From positions 32,923 through 96,922 of the forward strand of contig JBMORP010000002.1 in NCBI GenBank assembly GCA_049322655.1: DNA of 64,000 bases, in the 5' to 3' direction. The DNA is from Patescibacteria group bacterium (lineage in GTDB: Bacteria > Patescibacteriota > Microgenomatia > UBA1400 > PJMF01). Under the pieces are notes generated by a model. It searched no databases, was not told where the DNA came from, and saw only the letters and a list, made by a program, of their open reading frames with translations. The position numbers and the translations under genes were made by a program. Below, piece by piece: positions 1 through 9,744 of this stretch. Position 1 is the stretch's first letter, and the number at the start of each line of letters is the position of its first letter.

Positions 1-224
1 TAAACTTTTTTGGTCAAAAAACCACTCGTGACTTTAACTGCAGAAGTTGTAACTTATGCTCTCCAAGTTGTGAATTAGTTAATCATCAATTAAAAAAAAG
101 AACTAAATTTTTATCATCAGAAATATTTATTAACCAGCAACAATATCTTTTCAACTATGAGCAACAACCTCATTTTTTTCACCGATATAATTCTGTTGGA
201 ACTGGTTATTCTCAAGTGTGTTAA
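1..224 (+). CDS. 3' end of a gene running in from the left edge; probable RecQ-family helicase zinc-binding tail
   Basis: Frame 3 is open to TAA 222-224 and reads NFFGQKTTRDFNCRSCNLCSP..., resembling the RecQ YFG...CxxCDxC motif. Partial gene only. Confidence 0.45.
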   Translation, partial: NFFGQKTTRDFNCRSCNLCSPSCELVNHQLKKRTKFLSSEIFINQQQYLFNYEQQPHFFHRYNSVGTGYSQVC

Positions 225-236
225 AATAGAAACCTA

Positions 237-590
237 ATGACAAACCAAGATTTAACTATTAAACAACTAGTTCAAGACTATCAAGAAGTAGGCAATTTTT
301 TAAATACTCGTTGGCCTCTAAAAGACAAAAACCAACAAATTTTTGCCAGAACAATGAAGATTGTGGAAGAGCTGGGTGAACTGGCTGATGAAATTTTAAC
401 CAGTATGAACTTAGCTCGTGATACTAAAATTGCTAATTTTAGCCGCGAAAACATGGAAGATGAATTTGCCGATGTATTAGCTTCCTTAATTTTACTAGCT
501 AATGAATTAGATATTGACGTTGAACAAGTAATGAAAAAGAAACTCAAATTTACTAGAGATAGATTTGGGATGAATGAAGAAAAAGCTTAA
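237..590 (+). CDS. MazG-like nucleotide pyrophosphohydrolase
   Basis: KIVEELGELADE...EDEFADVL all-alpha NTP-PPase motifs, 117 aa. Confidence 0.85.
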   Translation: MTNQDLTIKQLVQDYQEVGNFLNTRWPLKDKNQQIFARTMKIVEELGELADEILTSMNLARDTKIANFSRENMEDEFADVLASLILLANELDIDVEQVMKKKLKFTRDRFGMNEEKA

Positions 591-2410
591 ACTAACTTCA
601 TATATTGATATAGTTCACCGTCACTAAATCCTTTTTTACGATAATAACCACGAGTCCCAATCGCTGAAATAACTGCTAGTTTTTTGTAACCATTATTTTT
701 AGCTCTTCGCCTGGCCTCATTGATTAACTTGGTGCCAAAACCAAAATGTTGGGCAGCAATTTTACTTTTGCTACCAATTTTTAAAGCCCGACCGTAAACA
801 TGAATTTCACGGATGATCGCACTTTCACTAAGTTCAGCAATAAAGTTTTCTTTGGGAAAACTCAATCTTAAGAAAGCTAATAATTTCTCACCATCTGCTG
901 TATCTACCACATATTGTAAAAATTCTTCACCACTAATAGCTGTTTGATATTTTTCGATTTTGAGTTTGGCTGCCAATGGATCAAAATTCTGGCCTCTAAT
1001 TTCTCTAGCTCTAATATCATGAGAAATAATTCCTTTTTTTTCAATAGTTTGTTCAGCAATCTGTCTAAAATTAGTTTTTTTATTACCAACAACAATATCT
1101 TGTGATGGAATATCTCTGATAATTCTAGTTAATCGACAATAGGGTGGAGTAGTTTGCAAAACATGTTCTAAAACTGCTAATAGCTCTTGGTGAGAATAGG
1201 GTTTCCATAACCCTTGTTTGTAATAACTCATCAGTTCCGCACTATCAATTAACGAACAAGGATAAACTTTCAATTCATCAGGATTGAAAGCTGGACTTTT
1301 GAATAGTTGATCAAAATCTTGTTGATCTTGATCATGGCCAGAACCATAAAGATTAGCCATCCAGTGAGCATGAATCTTAAATCCAGCTTGTCTAAGTAAC
1401 TTGAAAGCTCGTTTACTAGCAGCGACATCATGACCACGATGGTTTTTCTCCAAAACATCATCATTGGTACTTTGCACCCCAATCTGGGTTTTAGTACAAC
1501 CCAATTTTCTAATCCTAATTACTTCTTGTTCAGAAATATTGTCTGGCCTAGTCTCAACCACTAAACCAACATTTCTAATTTCTGCTGTTTCATTTTTTTG
1601 ATGCTCAACAAACAATTCATCCCAAGTCGCTGCTTGAAGTTTATCTAAACCAAGTTTTCTTTCTGGAGCCACATAAACTTCAGAAACAGTTTGGTTATAT
1701 TTTTTGGTTAAATTACCACTATTAAATTGAACCGCAGCGAACCTGTCTTTATTAGTTTTTGGATCATCACTTAAGACTAGATAACTATTTTGTTCTAATT
1801 GTTGCTGAATTTTTTTGTATTCTTGTCTAATTTTTTCCCGATCATCACGATGGCCAAAATCATTCAAAGCGCGAAAACATTCTTTAATAAACCAAATTTG
1901 ATATGACTCTGGATAGTAGGACCATGTCCCACCCAAAATAATTAATTCTGCTTTATCTACAGAGTGGCCCATCGACCACAAGGCATCCAACCGATTATAA
2001 GTTTGTAAATAAGGATCAAAGTAGTTTCGTTCTGCCCGCTGAGCTCCTGGTTCGTCACTTAAATAACTTTTAGGCATTCTAATATCGCTAGGACAAAAAA
2101 TACATTTGCCAGGACAAGGAAATGGTTTGGTCAAAACTGTAATTGGGGCAACACCAGAAAGAGTCCTTACTGGTTTCATCATGATTTTTCTGACAATTTG
2201 TTGATCAAAAGCAGCTAAACCATGTTGACCAGCTAAACCACGATAAGCTTCTATTAGATGAGTCTTTGACAGTATAGAGCCATTTTTCAATGGATATTTT
2301 TTAGTAAGTTGGGCCAATTTTTTACTACTCAAAACCGATAGCCGCTCAATCTCTTTCAATACAGCTACCACTTGGTCCAGATGATCGGTATAATCAAAAC
2401 GTTTTTTCAT
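587..2410 (-). CDS. elp3: Elp3-family radical SAM/acetyltransferase (tRNA U34 carboxymethyltransferase)
   Basis: KPVRTLSGVA, CPGKCIFC radical-SAM motif, ETRPD, IRAREI, REIHVYG, QHFGFG, VISAIGTRGYYRKKGF KAT motifs. Confidence 0.93.
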   Translation of the reverse strand: MKKRFDYTDHLDQVVAVLKEIERLSVLSSKKLAQLTKKYPLKNGSILSKTHLIEAYRGLAGQHGLAAFDQQIVRKIMMKPVRTLSGVAPITVLTKPFPCPGKCIFCPSDIRMPKSYLSDEPGAQRAERNYFDPYLQTYNRLDALWSMGHSVDKAELIILGGTWSYYPESYQIWFIKECFRALNDFGHRDDREKIRQEYKKIQQQLEQNSYLVLSDDPKTNKDRFAAVQFNSGNLTKKYNQTVSEVYVAPERKLGLDKLQAATWDELFVEHQKNETAEIRNVGLVVETRPDNISEQEVIRIRKLGCTKTQIGVQSTNDDVLEKNHRGHDVAASKRAFKLLRQAGFKIHAHWMANLYGSGHDQDQQDFDQLFKSPAFNPDELKVYPCSLIDSAELMSYYKQGLWKPYSHQELLAVLEHVLQTTPPYCRLTRIIRDIPSQDIVVGNKKTNFRQIAEQTIEKKGIISHDIRAREIRGQNFDPLAAKLKIEKYQTAISGEEFLQYVVDTADGEKLLAFLRLSFPKENFIAELSESAIIREIHVYGRALKIGSKSKIAAQHFGFGTKLINEARRRAKNNGYKKLAVISAIGTRGYYRKKGFSDGELYQYMKLV

Positions 2411-2429
2411 CAGAGAAAGTATTATACCA

Positions 2430-3191
2430 ATGAAACAAGCAACTATTACTCAGCTTAATAAACTAAATAAGCAATTCTATAGAGTTACTGCCGAAGAATT
2501 CAGCAAAACTAGAAGTTTTTATTGGCAAGGTTGGAAAGAATTACTAGAACCGCTCAAGGCAATTGGTAAAAATCATCCTCAATTAAAAGTTTTGGATCTC
2601 GGCTGTGGTAATGGCAGATTTGGTGAATTTTTGTATAAAGAAAAAATTCATAAAAATTTTATTTACCACGGAGCCGACAACAGCCAAGAACTTTTAGAAT
2701 TTGCGCAAAAAAGATTAGCAGCTTGTAAATTTGAAAAAGAGCTATTTAATTTAGATGTCATCGATGCCCTAACAAAAGATAACTTAGATGAATTAATTCC
2801 GCAAAAAAAATACCAAGTCATTACCCTGTTTGGCGTCTTACATCATATCCCATCATTTAAATTAAGGAAAAAACTCATTAATACTATTGCTGATCATCTC
2901 ACCAGTGATGGTGTTTTTGTTTTTACAGCCTGGAGATTTTTAAATGAAAAGAGATTTGAAAAAAAACAAATTCATCCAACTTTGGCAAAAATTGATCCTG
3001 ATGAATTAGAAGAAAATGACTTTATTCTTGACTGGCAGAGAGGAGTGACTGCTTATCGTTATTGTCATTACACTAATGATGAAGAGATTAAAAAATTAAT
3101 TGCTGAAACCACCTTAGAGCTAGAAAAAGAATATACCGCTGACGGCAAATCAGGAAATCTTAATTTTTACCAAATTCTAAGAAAACCTTGA
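2430..3191 (+). CDS. Class I SAM-dependent methyltransferase, Trm9/ALKBH8-MT-like
   Basis: VLDLGCGNGR motif I; FYRVTAEEFSKTRSFYW, VLHHIPS and YRYCHY resemble Trm9 signature segments. The fold is secure and the Trm9 assignment is inference. Confidence 0.75.
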   Translation: MKQATITQLNKLNKQFYRVTAEEFSKTRSFYWQGWKELLEPLKAIGKNHPQLKVLDLGCGNGRFGEFLYKEKIHKNFIYHGADNSQELLEFAQKRLAACKFEKELFNLDVIDALTKDNLDELIPQKKYQVITLFGVLHHIPSFKLRKKLINTIADHLTSDGVFVFTAWRFLNEKRFEKKQIHPTLAKIDPDELEENDFILDWQRGVTAYRYCHYTNDEEIKKLIAETTLELEKEYTADGKSGNLNFYQILRKP

Positions 3192-3232
3192 GAAAATTAA
3201 CATCTCAGAGTAGAATTACCACATTCTGCTAT

Positions 3233-3303
3233 TGCCCGATCGTCTAATGGCAGGACAGAGGCCTTTGAAGCCTTCAATCTAGGTTCGAATCCTAGTCGGG
3301 CAT
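3233..3303 (+). tRNA. tRNA-Gln(TTG)
   Basis: Acceptor TGCCCGA/TCGGGCA, anticodon arm GAGGC-CTTTGAA-GCCTT, T-loop GTTCGAAT. Confidence 0.95.
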
Positions 3304-3455
3304 CAATATTAAGAAAACATCCAACTGGATGTTTTTTTAATATTATGTCCAAAAACTAGATTCAACAATTGTTCGACCGCCAAGTCTACGAAGTAGACCT
3401 GGGTAATGTATGCGAAGCGAGTAAAACGAGCGAAGTCGTAAATCCTAGTCGGGCA
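3288..3455. repeat. Direct repeat of the tRNA-Gln 3' end (AATCCTAGTCGGGCA at 3288-3302 and 3441-3455) bracketing a ~140-bp hairpin-rich insert
   Basis: Exact 15-bp duplication; internal inverted repeat 3305-3344. Confidence 0.85.
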
Positions 3456-3472
3456 GCAAATTATCCTATAAT

Positions 3473-3501
3473 TTGACATTGTCTATTAAAGGTGTTAAAC
3501 T
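3473..3501 (+). promoter_or_regulatory. Sigma70-type promoter of the DEAD-box helicase
   Basis: TTGACA-17 nt-TAAACT, about 135 nt upstream of the ATG. Confidence 0.6.
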
Positions 3502-3635
3502 GCTTTTTCATTGATTGTTCTTTAATGCAATCAATCAGGTTAAGCTTGCAATTGGCTTTAAGAAGAATTTTTTTCCCTTAATTACATTTGTTTCTTGTCT
3601 TTAACCTAATAAATAGTTAAAGAAAGAAATATATT

Positions 3636-4889
3636 ATGCGTCAATTTAATAAACGCTCATCTTCTAGTTTTAGTAACCACAATGGTGGAAGCTATGGTCG
3701 TCGTTCTCAAAATGGCAACAGAGGTTTCTCTGGTGGTTTCGGTGGCAGAGGTAATAATAGAAGAAGTGGAATGAAACAATCCATCTTTGATCCTAGTTCA
3801 GTAATTGCTAAATCAAAAACTACTAACTACAAACCACAAACAGAAGAAACCTATGAAGCTACCAACCAATTTAGTGATTTTAAAATCGTTGATGAGTTAA
3901 AAAATAACATTAGTTTCAAAAAATATACTACTCCAACTCCAATTCAAGATCAGGTTATCCCTCATATTTTAGAAGGAAAAGACGTAGTGGGTATTGCTAA
4001 TACTGGTACCGGTAAAACTGCTGCTTTTTTGATTCCGTTATTAAACAAAGTTGTCATGAATCCTACAGAAAAAGTGTTAATTATTGTCCCGACCAGAGAG
4101 TTAGCTGTTCAAGTCAGAGACGAATTAGCATCTTTTTCCTATAAACTTAATATTTATTCCACCCTGTGTATTGGTGGTTCCAATATTAATAGTCAAATTA
4201 ACTCCCTAAAAAGAGGTCAACACTTTGTGATTGGCACTCCAGGTAGATTAAAAGATCTTAATCAAAAAAGAAAAATTAGATTTGAAGAATTTAACAATAT
4301 TGTTTTGGATGAGGTCGATAGAATGCTTGATATGGGCTTTGTCAAAGAAGTTAAACTGATTATTGAATCGTTAGCAGAAAACAGACAATCACTGTTTTTT
4401 TCTGCCACCATGTCAACCAGAGTAGAAGAAATTATGCGAGGATTTTTAACAGATCCTGTTCATATCTCTATTAAAACTAAACAAAATTCTGGCAACATTG
4501 AACAAAAAATCGTCAAAATTCAGGGTAGATCTAAATTAGAAATGCTTCACGAATTTTTAATCAATGAATCTTATGAAAAAGTCTTGGTTTTTGGCCGAAC
4601 CAAGAGGGGAGCCGAGAAACTCTCTAGGGACCTACAAAGAAAAGGTCTCAAGGTCAATGCTATTCATGGTAATAAATCACAAGGTCAAAGACAAAAAGCT
4701 TTACAACAGTTTAGAGCCAACCAATTACAAGCCTTAATTGCTACTGATGTAGTCGCTCGTGGATTGGATATTGATAATGTTACTCATGTGATTAATTACG
4801 ACTTGCCAGGTACTTACGAGGACTATATCCATCGTATCGGTCGTACTGGTAGAGCCAACAAAAAAGGCATTGCTTTAACGTTTATTTAA
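3636..4889 (+). CDS. DEAD-box RNA helicase with a Gly/Arg-rich N-terminal tail
   Basis: Q motif PTPIQ, TGTGKT, PTRELA, TPGRL, DEVD, SAT, ARGLD, HRIGRTGR. Confidence 0.95.
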   Translation: MRQFNKRSSSSFSNHNGGSYGRRSQNGNRGFSGGFGGRGNNRRSGMKQSIFDPSSVIAKSKTTNYKPQTEETYEATNQFSDFKIVDELKNNISFKKYTTPTPIQDQVIPHILEGKDVVGIANTGTGKTAAFLIPLLNKVVMNPTEKVLIIVPTRELAVQVRDELASFSYKLNIYSTLCIGGSNINSQINSLKRGQHFVIGTPGRLKDLNQKRKIRFEEFNNIVLDEVDRMLDMGFVKEVKLIIESLAENRQSLFFSATMSTRVEEIMRGFLTDPVHISIKTKQNSGNIEQKIVKIQGRSKLEMLHEFLINESYEKVLVFGRTKRGAEKLSRDLQRKGLKVNAIHGNKSQGQRQKALQQFRANQLQALIATDVVARGLDIDNVTHVINYDLPGTYEDYIHRIGRTGRANKKGIALTFI

Positions 4890-4894
4890 AAAAA

Positions 4895-5107
4895 TTACTG
4901 ATCTATTTTTTTTCTTACTAAAGCCAAAGCTTCTTTATCTTTAATAGCTTGTTCTTCCATCATAGCCCTCAGTTTTTTAACCTGTTCAATCACTTCTGCT
5001 GAAGACCTCATGTGAGCTAAACCAATACCATGAGCTTGATCGACTTTTTCTATACCAGCCAAACGTAAATACTGCTCTCTGTTTCTCCAATACTTGGGGA
5101 TGTTCAT
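4895..5107 (-). CDS. Small hypothetical protein (70 aa)
   Basis: Fills the gap after mutL. The N-terminus MNIPKYWR..YLRLAG resembles the start of DUF35-type Zn-ribbon/OB proteins, but there are no cysteines. Confidence 0.55.
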   Translation of the reverse strand: MNIPKYWRNREQYLRLAGIEKVDQAHGIGLAHMRSSAEVIEQVKKLRAMMEEQAIKDKEALALVRKKIDQ

Positions 5108-5145
5108 GAGAATTTAGTCGCAAATAAGGATAAAAACCATGCAGA

Positions 5146-6837
5146 TTATTTTTTTCTAAAAAACATTTTTTCTAACTCTTGTTTGGAGATTTTTATTTTC
5201 AGAGGTCTGCCGTGAGGACAAGTATAGAGGGTATTTTTTTGAATAATTTTTTTAACTAGTTGTTGTCGCTCCACAGGTGATAAGTAGTCACCCGCTTTGA
5301 TTGCACTTCGACAAGCCAAAAAACTCAAGGCTCGATTGGTTAATAAATCAGGTTTGACAATCTTGCCATAGGTAGCAAGATCAACCAAAAAATCGTTGAT
5401 CACTCGGTCTATAGTTAAACCTTCAAAAATAACCGGGATTTCTTTAATAATAATTTGTTTGTCATTAATTAAAAAAATAAAACCTAAATTTTTAAAAATA
5501 GTTTTATTTTTTACAAAAAGATAAAGATTTTCTGGATTTAAATTTATTTTTTTATTAATTTTAACTTTTTTTTCTAAAAGTAGCTTATTTTTTTTCAATT
5601 GCTCAGAAAATTCTTGGTAAAGAATCATTTCATGAGCCGCATGTTGATCTACAACCATTAACTCGCCATGAAGTTCAAAAAATAAATAAGTATTTTGAAA
5701 TTGTAGAACCGGACCCAACTCTTGTTGATTGTTATTGATTTGCCAACCTGGTTGTAAGTTTTCTTTCAGATGGTCGGTAGTCGCTCTATCTCTTAACAGA
5801 TATGTTGCAGTTACTTGTTGTGAATTCAAAACATAAGTTAAGTCTTTGGCCAATAAAAATGCTTGTAAGTGTTCAAACAACGCTGTAATTAACTCATCTT
5901 CTTTAAAGATTAAAACCTCTTCTTTCCTTGGGTGAATATTACTGTCAAAAAAATGAGCTGGTAAATTAATAAATATAATAAAAACAGGATAAGCCTTTGG
6001 TTCTAATAATGAGCCATAGGCTTCTCGAATAACTTTGGCAATCTTTCTGTGTCGCACCATTCTGCCATTAATAAATAAGTATTGTTTGCTAGGGCTTCGT
6101 AGTGATAATTGAGGTTTCCCAACTAAACCACTGATTTTTAGTTCATTAGCTAAGTCAACTTTATAAGTCAAGCTTTGGTCAACAAATTCTTGACCAAAAA
6201 CCTCACTCACTCTGTCTGCAAAACTTGGCTGGGATAAAACTTCAAATAGTTTCCTTTGGTCATGATAGACAACAAATTGGACAGTATGATTAACCAAAGC
6301 AAAATTAGTCATTTTTTTCAGAATATAAGCTAATTCTCTTTGAACTTTATTAATAAATTTTTTTCTAGCTGGTAAACCACTAAATAAACTTTCAACTACA
6401 ACTCTAGTGCCAATCGGCATCCCAAATTTTTCATCTTCAGTTATTTGGCCATTCTGGATCACCAACCTATGACCTATTTTTTCAGTTTTTATCCGGCTTT
6501 CCAAGGTAACTTTGGCTACTGCTACCATACTCGCCAAAGCTTCTCCTCTAAAACCAAAACTAGTCAAAGTCTCTAAGTCTTCTAAATTGCTGATCTTACT
6601 AGTAGTATGAGCTAGAAAACTGTTTCTTAAATCAGTAGCATTCATTCCACACCCATTGTCACGAACCTCGATTCTTTTTAACCCACCTTTGTCCAAGTAA
6701 ATCTCGATTTTAGTTGCTCCCGCATCCAAAGAGTTTTCCACTAACTCTTTAACGACTGAATCGGGTCGATCGATTACTTCTCCAGCAGCGATTTTGCTTA
6801 CCACTTCAACTGGTAGTTTTTTAATTTTAGTTACCAT
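5146..6837 (-). CDS. mutL: DNA mismatch repair endonuclease MutL
   Basis: IAAGEVI, ELVENSLDAGA, GFRGEALAS, DQHAAHE, ACR, CPHGRP. Confidence 0.97.
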   Translation of the reverse strand: MVTKIKKLPVEVVSKIAAGEVIDRPDSVVKELVENSLDAGATKIEIYLDKGGLKRIEVRDNGCGMNATDLRNSFLAHTTSKISNLEDLETLTSFGFRGEALASMVAVAKVTLESRIKTEKIGHRLVIQNGQITEDEKFGMPIGTRVVVESLFSGLPARKKFINKVQRELAYILKKMTNFALVNHTVQFVVYHDQRKLFEVLSQPSFADRVSEVFGQEFVDQSLTYKVDLANELKISGLVGKPQLSLRSPSKQYLFINGRMVRHRKIAKVIREAYGSLLEPKAYPVFIIFINLPAHFFDSNIHPRKEEVLIFKEDELITALFEHLQAFLLAKDLTYVLNSQQVTATYLLRDRATTDHLKENLQPGWQINNNQQELGPVLQFQNTYLFFELHGELMVVDQHAAHEMILYQEFSEQLKKNKLLLEKKVKINKKINLNPENLYLFVKNKTIFKNLGFIFLINDKQIIIKEIPVIFEGLTIDRVINDFLVDLATYGKIVKPDLLTNRALSFLACRSAIKAGDYLSPVERQQLVKKIIQKNTLYTCPHGRPLKIKISKQELEKMFFRKK

Positions 6838-9451
6838 TTTTCTTAAATTTAGTTATTAATGCTGCCAACTTTGTTTGAGCTTGTAGGGGAGTAAGTTGCT
6901 CAATCTCTATTGCAGCTAGAAACTTCTCAAGCTTCAGTAAATTTTTATCTTTAGTTGGTTTATTAAACTTAAAGTTAGTCTCTACTTGACTCCTATTAGC
7001 TTCAAAAGAAAAAAGAATTTCTTCAGCTCGCTGACAAACTTCTTCAGGCACCCCAGCCAACCTCGCTACTGCTACTCCAAAACTATGGGGAGCGGCCCCT
7101 TCAGCGACTGTATGTAAAAACTTAGGTTGATCATCAGCTTCATCCACCAACATGTGAATATTACTGATTTTATCTGGGTACTTACTTTCTAACTGTTGTA
7201 ACTCATGGTAATGAGTAGCAAAGAGAGTAGTAGGACACTGTCGGCACTTACTTAATGCTTCAGCCACCGCCCAAGCCAAACTAATTCCATCATAAGTACT
7301 AGTACCACGGCCAACTTCATCCATAATAATCAAACTCTTAGCTGTAGAGTGCCGCAAAATATAAGCCACTTCAACCATCTCTACCATAAAAGTTGATAAC
7401 CCCTCTGAAATAACATCGGCCGCACCACTTCTCACAAACAAGCTATCAATTAAGTTGATTTCGGCCTTCTCAGCTGGCACAAAACTGCCCAAATGAGCCA
7501 ACAACACAATTAAAGCTATTTGCCTCATATAAACAGATTTTCCAGCCATGTTTGGCCCAGTCACCAGTAACATGTTTCTAGCTGGCACTCCCAATAAAGT
7601 ATCATTGGGCACAAACTGTTTTTTGACCAATAGTTGCTCAAGAACGGGATGTCTGCCTTGAACAATTGCTGTTTTACCAGTCTTAACCATTTTTGGTTTA
7701 ACATAGTTTCTTGTCTCTGCTAATTGAGCAAAACTAGTTAAACAATCTAGATTAGCCAAAGTGGTAGCTGCTTGTTGAATCAACTTAGTATATTCCAAGA
7801 CCTGATTAACAAAATTTTTAAAAAGTTGTTTTTCCAAAACTTCAATCTGTTCTTCAGCCGTTAAGACTTTTTCTTCGTAAACTTTCAAAGCTTTAGTAAC
7901 AAATCTCTCGGCATTAACTAAAGTTTGTTTACGTTCAAATTCCGCCGGAACTTTGCTCACAAATGATTTACTGACCTCAATGTAGTAACCAAAAACTTTG
8001 TTTGATCTAACCTTAAGAGTGGTGATTTGTGTTTGTTTTTTCAAGGTTTCTTCATACTCAGTTAACCAATCTTTACCACCCATAGACAAAACTCTGAGCT
8101 GATCTAACTCTGCACTCACTCCAACTTTGATTACTTTTCCTTCACCAGGAAGACCACTAGCATCATCTGCCACAAACTGCTCAATCAACTCAACTACTTT
8201 GAGCAATTGATTATCGATTTGTTGCTCAAATTTACTGAGTAGTTTGGGTAGCTGCTTTTGTTGACTCGCCAAAATTTCTCTAATCGCCAAAATGTTAATT
8301 AATGACTGTTTAAGATTGATGACCAAAGCAGGCAGAGGCTCTTCAATCGTTAACCGAGCAATAATTCTTTCTAGATCAAAAACTTGGTTTAACTCGTTTC
8401 TAATAAAAAATCTAAGCTCTCTGTTATTGAGTAAATAATCAACCGAATCATGCCTAAGTTCAATCTTTTCCCTGTTCTTAAGTGGGTGAGTAAGCCAATT
8501 GCGTAATAACCTGGAACCCATTGGTGAAACAGTTAAATCAATCGCGGTTAATAACGAACCTTGTTTTTTATTTTCCCTAATAGTTTCAAAAATCTCTAAG
8601 TTATTAATGGTTGATGAATCTAAAGCAATATATTCATCAGATTTTTGTAAATTAAATGTCTTTAGATGTTGTAGTTTATTAAACTGAGTTTCAGTTAAAT
8701 AACCCAAAATAGCAGCCAAAGCTTGTTTGAGCGCTGGCTTACTATGTAAACCAAAACTTCTTAAATTATCAACTTGAAAATGTCGGCTAATGATTGCCTC
8801 AGCTTCATCTGTATACTCATCCCATTGCCTAAAAGGATAAATATTTAACCCTACTTGCTGTTTTAAAATCTTTAATAATGAGTAGTTATGGTAATCAACC
8901 TCAGCTAAAATACACTCACTCGGTTGATACTTGGTTAATTCTTTTTGTAACAAATTAGCAAAGTCATTTCCTTTTAAATAATGGTTGCTCCCAAAAATTT
9001 CACCTGTCGACAAGTCCACAAAAACTAAACCCACAGCTTTGTTATCAATAGCCAAACTCAATATAAAGTTATTTTTCTTAGCACTCAGTGCTTGTTCATT
9101 TACTACTGTTCCTGGAGTAATAATCCTAATCACAGCTCGTTCCACAATGCCCTTATTATCTGGTTCAGAAATCTGTTCACAAATTGCTACCTTGTGACCA
9201 GCCTTAATTAATTTAGCAATATAACTTTCTGCTGAATGGTAGGGCACCCCAGCCATTGGGATCTCTCCATCTTTACCTCTTGGCCTTTTGGTTAAGGTAA
9301 TTCCGAGTAACTTGGCTCCAGTTAAAGCGTCTTCTAAAAACAGTTCGTAAAAATCTCCTAGTCGATAAAATAAAAAACAATCTGGATAAGCTTTTTTTAT
9401 CTCCAAGTACTGTTGCATCATTGGTGTAGAGAACTGTTGAACTTCTGACAT
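6827..9451 (-). CDS. mutS: DNA mismatch repair protein MutS (start likely ATG 9451)
   Basis: TPMMQQY, GDFYELF, GPNMAGKS, STFMVEM, DEVGRGT, FATHYHE. Confidence 0.97.
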   Translation of the reverse strand: MSEVQQFSTPMMQQYLEIKKAYPDCFLFYRLGDFYELFLEDALTGAKLLGITLTKRPRGKDGEIPMAGVPYHSAESYIAKLIKAGHKVAICEQISEPDNKGIVERAVIRIITPGTVVNEQALSAKKNNFILSLAIDNKAVGLVFVDLSTGEIFGSNHYLKGNDFANLLQKELTKYQPSECILAEVDYHNYSLLKILKQQVGLNIYPFRQWDEYTDEAEAIISRHFQVDNLRSFGLHSKPALKQALAAILGYLTETQFNKLQHLKTFNLQKSDEYIALDSSTINNLEIFETIRENKKQGSLLTAIDLTVSPMGSRLLRNWLTHPLKNREKIELRHDSVDYLLNNRELRFFIRNELNQVFDLERIIARLTIEEPLPALVINLKQSLINILAIREILASQQKQLPKLLSKFEQQIDNQLLKVVELIEQFVADDASGLPGEGKVIKVGVSAELDQLRVLSMGGKDWLTEYEETLKKQTQITTLKVRSNKVFGYYIEVSKSFVSKVPAEFERKQTLVNAERFVTKALKVYEEKVLTAEEQIEVLEKQLFKNFVNQVLEYTKLIQQAATTLANLDCLTSFAQLAETRNYVKPKMVKTGKTAIVQGRHPVLEQLLVKKQFVPNDTLLGVPARNMLLVTGPNMAGKSVYMRQIALIVLLAHLGSFVPAEKAEINLIDSLFVRSGAADVISEGLSTFMVEMVEVAYILRHSTAKSLIIMDEVGRGTSTYDGISLAWAVAEALSKCRQCPTTLFATHYHELQQLESKYPDKISNIHMLVDEADDQPKFLHTVAEGAAPHSFGVAVARLAGVPEEVCQRAEEILFSFEANRSQVETNFKFNKPTKDKNLLKLEKFLAAIEIEQLTPLQAQTKLAALITKFKKNGN

Positions 9452-9522
9452 GATGTGTATCACACTATGCAGACTTTTTAGCAAAACTTCAAGGTTGGAC
9501 TATCCAAGAATATTACAAGACT

Positions 9523-9549
9523 TTAGCAGTCACTTCATTTTATTGCTAA
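9523..9549. promoter_or_regulatory. CIRCE-like inverted repeat (HrcA operator type)
   Basis: TTAGCAGTC-N9-TATTGCTAA versus the consensus TTAGCACTC-N9-GAGTGCTAA. Confidence 0.6.
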
Positions 9550-9678
9550 TTAGCTTTTCTTGAGAAAAAAATTGATATATCAATCTTGTTTTATGATATG
9601 TTTTGATATTGTTTGATAACTATAAATATATTTGTCAGATTAATATGAGACACTTACCCTCGGGGTGAAAGGGGGTGG
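9523..9678 (+). repeat. Dispersed ~155-bp non-coding element, copy A
   Basis: Aligns to the reverse complement of 30324-30477: CIRCE-like box, ATTGATATATCAAT palindrome, TGAGACACTTACCC, G-rich tail. Confidence 0.85.
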
Positions 9679-9744
9679 AGTGAAAAACCTTAATTGAAGA
9701 AGTCAGCTTGCAGTTTAAAACCTAGGGATGATACTATGCCCAAT

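Noticed and set aside
9571-9584. FNR box in ATTGATATATCAAT
   Set aside because: FNR needs TTGAT-N4-ATCAA; the spacer here is 2 nt.
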